Below, piece by piece: positions 15,935-23,551 of a stretch of DNA of 64,000 bases (the first letter of the stretch is position 1; each line of letters begins with the position of its first letter). The DNA is from Dehalococcoidia bacterium (GTDB taxonomy: Bacteria > Chloroflexota > Dehalococcoidia > Lucifugimonadales > Lucifugimonadaceae), in NCBI GenBank assembly GCA_965208645.1, contig OZ242350.1, positions 2,535,475 through 2,599,474 of the forward strand, written 5' to 3'. The notes beneath the pieces were generated by a model, which saw only the letters and a program-made list of their open reading frames with translations, did no database searches and had not been told where the DNA came from. A program made the position numbers and the translations under genes.

Positions 15935-17608
15935 TCAACCAAACTGAACCCCCTGATCCGCTAGATCAATCATGTCCGGTTCGCGATTGGCGAATGCGGT
16001 CAACATGACTGGCAAATCCGGATATTTTCCGGAGAAGTAATCCTCGATCGTAAACAGTTGAAGCTTCGGATACGTTCGTCCAGCGATTTCGACCGTTCCG
16101 ACGGCGAGGTCACTGCGCACACCAGATGTAGTCGAATTGTTGTCCATCACTATTAGGACACCCATGATCGCTCCGCTGTCGGCCATGCTGCCCAACATCT
16201 CGCGTACAACACTCGCACCGACGTTTTTGCCGCCTTTGACTTGCGCCATCACCAAATGGCGTTGTCCATTATCGCGAGCGTAACCGCGCCCATCAATCCC
16301 GCGATCCCCCGTTTTCCGTTCATTTGGCAACATCCCGCGCAGTCGCGAAACCGCCCATGCTTCAAATTGAAACGGGTCCCGATCGAATAAGTCACGGGCC
16401 GCGTCCATGTCTTCAGGTCGTCCGATCACGTTCGGCTGTTCATTCAAACGCTCGCGAAATCGGAATTCAACCACTGCGATGGCAAGGTGTGTGATGTCGA
16501 TTCCGATCCAAGGGCGGCCTGAAGCTTGCGCGACATGCAGCGTAGTACCGCAACCGCAATATGGGTCCATCACCAATCCATCCTTCGGACAAGCCACTTC
16601 GACCAGTTGCTTTAACAACCCTTCCGGCTTTTGCGTTGGATAACCTAAATACTCCTTGCCCTTGTTGTAGTTCGTGAAACCGATCGGGTCGAGTACCAGG
16701 TTCTGCGGACCGGAAGGCGTGTCCGCTGCCGCGTATCGTTTCAATCCTGGCCAAAACCCTCGTTGAGGGTGATGAATCAATCCAGCATCATCCAACGCGT
16801 CCAACCTGTCGTGGACACCAACGATTGCCCGATAGTCGGGAATGAAATTCTCTTCGATCCACTCTGCGTAACTGCTGGTTTTAGGGATCGCCCAATGGCG
16901 ATTCCTAGCGTCAACATCGTAACCACTCCATGGTTTGCCGCTCTCCCCTCCCCGTTTTTCGGCTGCTGTGAGGTCTCCAGTTCTAAACCGACCAAATTCG
17001 TCCGAAGACGGATAGCGTTTTGCCAGCTCCGATTCTGTGCGACTGACGGATATTGCTTGACCTCGCCAATACGAGACGTCGCCCTTCGCGTACAGAAAAA
17101 TCGTATCGACTATCCGACCAAATCGTTTCGCATCGTTGTGCGCGGTAGCCCGACGCCAATAAACTGCGTTTCGATAATTTGTGGCTCCGAAAACCGCGTC
17201 CAAAAGCAACTTCACGTGATGACTAGCGGTGTCGTCACAATGCAGATACAGAGAACCTGATTGCTTCAATAGCCGCCGCATTTCATGAAGCCTCGGAGCG
17301 AGATGGCAAAGATATGCGAACATGCCGGAACGGCCCAGCATAGTCTCAAATCCTTGGATCACGGTTGCCAATTCGCCACCAGCCGCTAACGCAGAGTCAC
17401 GGTCCTTAACGGCCTGTTGCCCCCAACGCCAAGTGTCCTCGAATGCGCGCGCTTGAGCCGACGCATCTCCGAGACCAGATACAAAAAGTTGGTTGTAGGT
17501 TTGGTTCGAATTGAACGGCGGATCAAGATAAATCAGGTCAACCGAATCGGATGGCCATTGACGCATCCAGTCAAAGTTGTCACCGTAGTACAGGGAGTTT
17601 GGAAGCAT
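15935..17608 (-). CDS. beta-class N6/N4 DNA methyltransferase fused to a C-terminal Mrr-like PD-(D/E)xK domain
   Basis: Motif IV (IYLDPPFNS) precedes motif I (MDPYCGCGTTLHVA), which is the beta-class order. The C-terminus TGDRGIDGRGY...LVMAQVKGGKNVGASVVREMLG resembles the Mrr catalytic core. The start is trimmed to MLPNSLYYGDN (17608). Confidence 0.75.
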   Translation of the reverse strand: MLPNSLYYGDNFDWMRQWPSDSVDLIYLDPPFNSNQTYNQLFVSGLGDASAQARAFEDTWRWGQQAVKDRDSALAAGGELATVIQGFETMLGRSGMFAYLCHLAPRLHEMRRLLKQSGSLYLHCDDTASHHVKLLLDAVFGATNYRNAVYWRRATAHNDAKRFGRIVDTIFLYAKGDVSYWRGQAISVSRTESELAKRYPSSDEFGRFRTGDLTAAEKRGGESGKPWSGYDVDARNRHWAIPKTSSYAEWIEENFIPDYRAIVGVHDRLDALDDAGLIHHPQRGFWPGLKRYAAADTPSGPQNLVLDPIGFTNYNKGKEYLGYPTQKPEGLLKQLVEVACPKDGLVMDPYCGCGTTLHVAQASGRPWIGIDITHLAIAVVEFRFRERLNEQPNVIGRPEDMDAARDLFDRDPFQFEAWAVSRLRGMLPNERKTGDRGIDGRGYARDNGQRHLVMAQVKGGKNVGASVVREMLGSMADSGAIMGVLIVMDNNSTTSGVRSDLAVGTVEIAGRTYPKLQLFTIEDYFSGKYPDLPVMLTAFANREPDMIDLADQGVQFG

Positions 17609-17718
17609 TTCGACGATGCAATAATCCTCGGAGTTGATACAGATCAACTATACGGACATTTTCGAATTCGTCACGAGGAAATGGCAGGTTATTCAGACGA
17701 TCTAGCGGTTCCAGCGCT

Positions 17719-18732
17719 CTACGGTGTAACCGCATCCGCAGGTATCAACCCTTCGGCCTTCATCTCAGCCCACACGTCGCCCGGTATCGTCTGCCCTACC
17801 AGCGCGAAGTTCTCCTCCAACTCCGGCACTGATTGCGCGCCAGGAACTACGGTCCCAACGACCGGATGCGCCAGCACGAACTGCAAGGCGGCAGCCTTCA
17901 AATCCACATCGTGCCGACGGCAAACCGCATCTAACATGCGCGCCCGTTCGACGAGATGCGGCGGCGCGATTTCGTAGTTGAATGTCACATCGCCATCGAG
18001 GTCGCGAGCCAGAATGCCGCTGTTGTAGGGCCCGCCGACGATAATCTTAACGTCTCGCTCGACAGATAACGGCAGGAACTCGGGATAGGCATCGTGGTCA
18101 AGCAGGGTGTATCGTCCTGCCAGTAACACCGCATCAATGTCGAACCGACGTATGAACGCCGCCGGCATCTGCCACTCGTTCATGCCGCACCCGATCGCCT
18201 TGATCACGCCCTGTTCTCGCAGATCGATCAACGTCGGAAACGCCTCCTCAACCGCCTGTTTCTCACCATACGGCTGTGTATCCGGGTCATGAACCAACAC
18301 AATCTCGACATGATCCGTACGCAATCGCTCCAAACTATCTTCGATCGACCGCATCACATCGTTCCGCGTCCAACTATCCACGCTGTAGTGGTCGGCGAAA
18401 TTGTCTGGCGATTCTGCTGCGGTCATGCCGCCCTCATACACCTCCAACACGCGTCCAACCTTCGTAGAAATAACGTAGCTGTCGCGGTCGATGCCTGCGA
18501 GCGCCGCGCCGTACCTGACCTCACTCCTTCCTGAACCATACAGCGGTGCCGTGTCGAAATAGTTGATGCCGAGTTCATGGGCCCGTCTGATGATCCGACC
18601 AGCCTCGTCGCTCGCCGTCCCTCCGAACACCCCGTCGCCAAGCACCATGCCGCTCAGAGGCGCGCCGCCCAATCCGAGTTGCGTAACCTCGACGCCGTGT
18701 TTTCCGATTGCGACTTTATCTAGCGGGTTCAA
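17719..18732 (-). CDS. aldo/keto reductase
   Basis: LGLGGAPLSG...INYFDTAPLYGSGRSE...VHDPD are AKR motifs. Confidence 0.85.
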   Translation of the reverse strand: MNPLDKVAIGKHGVEVTQLGLGGAPLSGMVLGDGVFGGTASDEAGRIIRRAHELGINYFDTAPLYGSGRSEVRYGAALAGIDRDSYVISTKVGRVLEVYEGGMTAAESPDNFADHYSVDSWTRNDVMRSIEDSLERLRTDHVEIVLVHDPDTQPYGEKQAVEEAFPTLIDLREQGVIKAIGCGMNEWQMPAAFIRRFDIDAVLLAGRYTLLDHDAYPEFLPLSVERDVKIIVGGPYNSGILARDLDGDVTFNYEIAPPHLVERARMLDAVCRRHDVDLKAAALQFVLAHPVVGTVVPGAQSVPELEENFALVGQTIPGDVWAEMKAEGLIPADAVTP

Positions 18733-18757
18733 CGTATTGCCTCAATATTCTGATCGT

Positions 18758-19822
18758 TCAAGAAACCATCGCCGCAATCGAATCTCCGACCGCGGCGGTA
18801 GTCGACGATCCACCTAAGTCCGGTGTCAGTATCTCGCCTTCGCTTAACACATCCTCGACCGCGCTGCGCACGGCATCGGCCGCATCACTCTCTCCTAAGT
18901 GGTCCAACATCAACGCCGAGGTCAGTATCTGTGCCATCGGGTTGGCAATACCCATGCCAGCAATGTCCGGCGCACTGCCATGCGTCGGTTCGAACATCGA
19001 TGGACTCGTCCGCGTTGGATCGAGATTGGCACTCGACGCCAATCCCATCGAACCGGTGATAATTGCGCCGATGTCAGTCAAGATGTCGCCGAAGAGGTTC
19101 GAAGCCACTACCACATCGAAATTCTGCGGCCGACGAATGAAGTCCATGCACGCGGCGTCGATCAGCAATGAATCGGTCGTGATATCGGGATAATCTCCCT
19201 TAACCGCGTCGAACGTCCGATCCCATAGCACCATACCGTAGCCCTGCGCGTTCGATTTGGTGATTGACGTTACGTGCTTTTTCTTGTTGCGCTCACGACA
19301 TAGCTCGAACGCGTAGCGAATGACTCGCTCGCATCCCTTGCGGGTGAATACCGCCGACTGCACCGCTACCTCGTCCGGAAAGTCCCGGTACTGGAATCCA
19401 CCTACGTTGGCATACTCGCCTTCGGTGTTCTCACGCACCACAATCAGATCAATGTCATACGGTTTAACGTCCTTCAACGGAGAGTCAACGCCGGGCAACA
19501 AGACCGACGGCCGCACGCATGCGTACTGATCGAACGCACGCCGGATCGGCAATAGTAGTCCGTTCAGCGTAATGTGATCCTGCACCTCCGGGTGCCCTAC
19601 CGCGCCGAGGAATATGGCGTCAAATCCCTTCAGCTGCTCCACGCCGTCCGACGGCATCATCTCACCGTGTTCGAAGTAGTACTCCGAACTCCACGGGAAT
19701 TCAACGAACTCCCACTCGATGTTGTGCCTGCCCGCAAGTGCGCGCAAGACTTTCAGCGCTTCGTCGACGACATCGACGCCGATACCATCGCCCTTGATCA
19801 CCGCGATACTGTGTTTACCCAA
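18758..19822 (-). CDS. tartrate dehydrogenase / 3-isopropylmalate dehydrogenase family oxidative decarboxylase
   Basis: IAVIKGDGIGVDV...VRENTEGEY...NLFGDILTDIGAIITGSMGLASSANL. Confidence 0.85.
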   Translation of the reverse strand: MGKHSIAVIKGDGIGVDVVDEALKVLRALAGRHNIEWEFVEFPWSSEYYFEHGEMMPSDGVEQLKGFDAIFLGAVGHPEVQDHITLNGLLLPIRRAFDQYACVRPSVLLPGVDSPLKDVKPYDIDLIVVRENTEGEYANVGGFQYRDFPDEVAVQSAVFTRKGCERVIRYAFELCRERNKKKHVTSITKSNAQGYGMVLWDRTFDAVKGDYPDITTDSLLIDAACMDFIRRPQNFDVVVASNLFGDILTDIGAIITGSMGLASSANLDPTRTSPSMFEPTHGSAPDIAGMGIANPMAQILTSALMLDHLGESDAADAVRSAVEDVLSEGEILTPDLGGSSTTAAVGDSIAAMVS

Positions 19823-19842
19823 TTTCAGACCTTTCCCACAAT

Positions 19843-19892
19843 GTCATTCCCGCGTAGGCGGGCGCTTCAGCGGGCGGGACGCCCATCCAGAG
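19843..19892. repeat. family A-derived palindromic repeat (GTCATTCCCGCGTAGGCGGG...GCGGGACGCCCATCCAGAG)
   Basis: Read directly from the sequence; intergenic. Confidence 0.7.
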
Positions 19893-19925
19893 CAGACCAA
19901 ACAAAGCACGACGCTACACCACACC

Positions 19926-20792
19926 TCAAGCCGATCGCGCTTCGATAATCTCCAACACACCGGCGATGTCGTTCTCGCCCCAATCGTTGTCCATCATCGC
20001 GTGGAATAGCTCCTCGGACTTGATCGCCAATTCCAGCGATAGGTTCTCGGCCTTTGCCAAGTCTTTGATGATGCCCATGTCCTTGTCGAGGTTGCGGACC
20101 GGCGCAGCCGAGTTCTCAAAGTCTCGAGCCGCCGTTATCGGAGTACTGCGCTCAACCATCGCGCTACCGCCCCAAGCGACACTCAGCAACTCGCCTGCAA
20201 CCTCGATATCAACACCCGCGGCGTTTGCCAACGCGAATGCTTCGGCGGCCGCAACCGTGTTGACCCCAACCAGCAACTGGTTGATTAGCTTCATCGCCGT
20301 CCCCGCGCCGTTCTGTCCCATGTAACGCACGTTGGCACCCATCAACTCGAAATACGGCATCGCTTTCGTAAATGCCTCTTCCGAACCGCCGCACATGATC
20401 GCCAGCGTCCCGGCGGCAGCACCAGTTGGCCCGCCGCTAATCGGGGCATCAATGAACATCGCCCCTTTCGCCTCCGCAGCCTCCGCACACGTTCGAGAGG
20501 TTCCGATGTCGACCGTGCTGTGGTCCACGATAATCTGACCGGGCTCACACGCCGGGATGACCTCGCCGACTATCACATCCAAAGATGTCTGCACACTCGG
20601 TAGACAAGCCAGAACCACATCAACCTTCGAAACCAGATCCGACGACGAACTCGCACCCTTGGCGCCGCGATCGATCATCGCCTCGATCTTCGACTGCGTC
20701 CGCGTGTAAACGACGGGATCCGCACCCTTGGCGAGCAGATTATCCGCCATGCCTTGGCCCATGTAACCCAGTCCGATGAATCCTACCGACAT
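19926..20792 (-). CDS. NAD(P)-dependent oxidoreductase, 3-hydroxyisobutyrate / tartronate-semialdehyde reductase family
   Basis: N-terminal Rossmann signature VGFIGLGYMGQGMADNL, plus PISGGPTGAAAGTLAIMCGG. Confidence 0.85.
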   Translation of the reverse strand: MSVGFIGLGYMGQGMADNLLAKGADPVVYTRTQSKIEAMIDRGAKGASSSSDLVSKVDVVLACLPSVQTSLDVIVGEVIPACEPGQIIVDHSTVDIGTSRTCAEAAEAKGAMFIDAPISGGPTGAAAGTLAIMCGGSEEAFTKAMPYFELMGANVRYMGQNGAGTAMKLINQLLVGVNTVAAAEAFALANAAGVDIEVAGELLSVAWGGSAMVERSTPITAARDFENSAAPVRNLDKDMGIIKDLAKAENLSLELAIKSEELFHAMMDNDWGENDIAGVLEIIEARSA

Positions 20793-21097
20793 GTTCAGTC
20801 GCTCCTTAAACTAGCATGCTGAGACGACGCCGTGCGCGCCGATAGTCAATTGTGCATCAAAAATCGACGCACTCGTTCGCTTTAGATAGACGCCGAAAGT
20901 ATATAAGCGACGGCAGGTACCATTCCTGCGAACTCGGGAACCCAAAGGCAATTCACGAGGCAGACCTCCTGATCTGCTTGAGCAACGTTATGCGATTACC
21001 TAACCACCGATTCTTCGCCAACACACGAATATCAACGCTTGCGATGGTGGTAGAAATAGAAAGCGCCTTGCATGAACCGGGCGCTTGGTGAGCTAAC

Positions 21098-21190
21098 GGA
21101 GGGTGCCGTCGAGGCGACGAACGGGACTGCAACTCCCGGGGTTGCTAGACAGATCCTAGCATCGCGGTTCGATTCCGCCACCCTCCGCCA
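21098..21190 (+). tRNA. non-canonical 93-nt tRNA (allo-tRNA / tRNA-Sec-like fold, anticodon GCA, discriminator G, CCA encoded)
   Basis: Manual fold. 8-bp acceptor 21098-21105/21179-21186. D stem 21107-21111/21115-21119. Anticodon stem 21122-21126/21134-21138 with loop CTGCAAC (U33, GCA at 21129-21131, A37). Variable arm 21139-21163 with a 6-bp stem. 4-bp T stem GCGG/CCGC around the TTCGATT loop. G at 21187, then CCA. Confidence 0.75.
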
Positions 21191-21290
21191 ATAAAAAGCT
21201 GTGCGCTTTCGTGAACCGCGACACGCGCTATTGTATACGCTCAACCACGAGCGCGCAGTTGCTCAACCACACATCCATGTCCGACTGACT

Positions 21291-22340
21291 TTAGTCGAGT
21301 TGCCGCAGTCTCGGATCCAATCGGTCTCGCAACCAATCCCCGAAGAAGTTCATCGCCATCACCAGCAAGAAGATGGACAGTCCGGGGAAGAATGACGACC
21401 ACCAGACATCGTTTATGAGGTACTGATAGCCCTCGTCAACCATCTTGCCCCACGTCGGAGTCGGGTCCGGTATTCCAACGCCCAAAAAGGACAACACCGA
21501 CTCTGTCAATATCAATCCGCCAACTCGTAGTGTCGCGATCACGAGAACGGTGCTAACGGTACCCGGCAATATGTGTCGCATCATCAAGCGCAGATTGCTC
21601 GCACCCATGATACGCGCCGCCGCGATGTAATCTAGCGACCGAATGGTAAGAACGTCGGCACGAATCTGCCTAACGAACGGCGGCCAGGCGATCATCGCGA
21701 TGATGATGATCACAGTCGTCTCCGTCGCGCCGATGGTGGCGCCCACCATGATGGCGACCAACAGGAATGGCAACGCGTTCCAAATATCGACGAATCGCAT
21801 CAGTAGCTCGTCGATCCATCCACCGTAGTACCCGCCAAGGATGCCCATCGCCGTCCCGATAATCACACCGGAAAGCAAAGCGTATCCCGATACCTTCAGC
21901 GAAACCCTCGCACCGTGAATGATGCGCGAAAGCACGTCCCGGCCCAGTCCGTCGCTGCCCAGGATGAATTCGTTGCGAGCGAACCCCTTCTTCGCCGCGA
22001 TCTTGTACCCAATCAAACCTTCATCGGTTGTCAGGTCAAAATCGGCCTCGTTGGCAGCGGTTTCGTTCGCCGGATGCGCCTGTCCCCAAGTCGGAGCCAA
22101 CAAATTAAAGTTCAACTTCTGGAGTGCTGGGTCCGTCGGCGAGATGAAATCCGCAGCAAACGCAACGAAAGCGATCGAGACCAGGATCACGATCGGGATT
22201 ATCGGCCAACGTCGCAACACGTACCAGATCTGAGATGGTATCGAGCGACGAACACTTCGAAGACCAGTCGTCGGGGCGTCCAGTTGCTGAACCGCCTCTG
22301 CAGCGGCTAATCCGCCTTCTTGTCTCTGGTCAGTCGCCAA
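21291..22340 (-). CDS. ABC transporter permease (DppC/OppC-like)
   Basis: Multi-pass membrane protein with the BPD_transp_1 signature (LDYIAAARIMGASNLRLMMRHILP). Confidence 0.85.
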   Translation of the reverse strand: MATDQRQEGGLAAAEAVQQLDAPTTGLRSVRRSIPSQIWYVLRRWPIIPIVILVSIAFVAFAADFISPTDPALQKLNFNLLAPTWGQAHPANETAANEADFDLTTDEGLIGYKIAAKKGFARNEFILGSDGLGRDVLSRIIHGARVSLKVSGYALLSGVIIGTAMGILGGYYGGWIDELLMRFVDIWNALPFLLVAIMVGATIGATETTVIIIIAMIAWPPFVRQIRADVLTIRSLDYIAAARIMGASNLRLMMRHILPGTVSTVLVIATLRVGGLILTESVLSFLGVGIPDPTPTWGKMVDEGYQYLINDVWWSSFFPGLSIFLLVMAMNFFGDWLRDRLDPRLRQLD

Positions 22341-22374
22341 TGTTTCGTCTCAATGCTTGTCGCCGTTGGTTGGT

Positions 22375-23325
22375 TTAGTCGAACCTTATCCGTGGATCCA
22401 CCAACGCGTAAACGATGTCCGTCAAGAATGTCGCGAGCACATAAACCAAGATGAACATCAATACCGCGCCCTGCAACGTCGGAAAGTCGTTACCGTGAAC
22501 AGCTTGGATCGCCATCTGGCCGATGCCCGGACGTGAAAATATCGTCTCCACTACCAACGCACCCTCGATAAATCCAGCGAAGGCCAATGTCGATGCCGTC
22601 AGCGGTTGAATCAACGCGTTGCGAAACGCGTGCTTCCAAATCACATAGGACGTCGCAACACCCTTCGCCCGCGCCAACTTCACGTACTCAGAATCGAGCA
22701 CCTCCAGCATCGCAGAACGAGTTAAGCGAAGATAACCCGCCAATCCACCCAAAGTCATCGCTGTCACCGGTAACACGAGATACTCCAGCTGCCAAAGTGA
22801 CGGTTCCTGCGTCGAATCGCCCGCCAATCCCGCAGGTAACCAATCTAACCACACTGCGAACACATAGATAAGAATTATCGCGAACCAAAAAATCGGTATC
22901 GATTGACCGATTAAGGCAAGAAATCTACCGCCATAGTCCGGCAATGACGCCCTTTTGACCGCTGACAACACACCCAGTCCCACACCGATAACTCCTGAAA
23001 ATACCCAAGCGAATGTGCCAAGTTGGAGACTATGCGGAATCTTCTCGGTGATTATCCGGGCCACCGGCAACTTGAACGCCAATGTCTGCCCCAGGTCGCC
23101 ACGCAGCACCCGACCAAGCCAAAGAATGTATTGCACCGGATAGCTCCTGTCGAGCGCGAGCTCCTTGCGAATCTCAGCAACCGCTTCGTCAGAAATGCCG
23201 TAGCCAGACGTGGCGAAAAGCAACAAAGGGTCACCCACCGCACGTGACAACGAAAATACGATCGCCGTCGCCGCGATCGTGCTCAAGATCATGAAGAGAA
23301 ATCTTCTTATGAGAAAGCGACGCAT
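22375..23325 (-). CDS. ABC transporter permease (DppB/OppB-like)
   Basis: MRRFLIRRFLFMILS is the typical start, and EYVKLARAKGVATSYVIWKHAFRNAL follows. The start is trimmed from 23415. Confidence 0.85.
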   Translation of the reverse strand: MRRFLIRRFLFMILSTIAATAIVFSLSRAVGDPLLLFATSGYGISDEAVAEIRKELALDRSYPVQYILWLGRVLRGDLGQTLAFKLPVARIITEKIPHSLQLGTFAWVFSGVIGVGLGVLSAVKRASLPDYGGRFLALIGQSIPIFWFAIILIYVFAVWLDWLPAGLAGDSTQEPSLWQLEYLVLPVTAMTLGGLAGYLRLTRSAMLEVLDSEYVKLARAKGVATSYVIWKHAFRNALIQPLTASTLAFAGFIEGALVVETIFSRPGIGQMAIQAVHGNDFPTLQGAVLMFILVYVLATFLTDIVYALVDPRIRFD

Positions 23326-23551
23326 GGTCAGATTAGTTGCTAGTTCACGCACTCGCGTGCAATTGAGTTTACTCCAATAGCGTGCATCACGCGTGAACCG
23401 CCTTAGACGATCCACCCTCGCGGCGAACCAGATCGCGGCATCTTTCGCCGCGCATACTCGTCAACCGCGAGGGTGCACTGTGCTTACGTCACCGGACATT
23501 GTCGGATTGCGCCGAAAAGTCCGATGACGTGTAATTCAGGTTTGAAGCTGA

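Noticed and set aside
21098-21190. Canonical tRNA-Sec (selC) or canonical tRNA-Cys
   Set aside because: The anticodon loop contains GCA, not UCA, and no alternative register gives UCA. The T stem is 4 bp (8/4), not the bacterial 8/5 of tRNA-Sec. The length, long variable arm and G73 are incompatible with standard tRNA-Cys.
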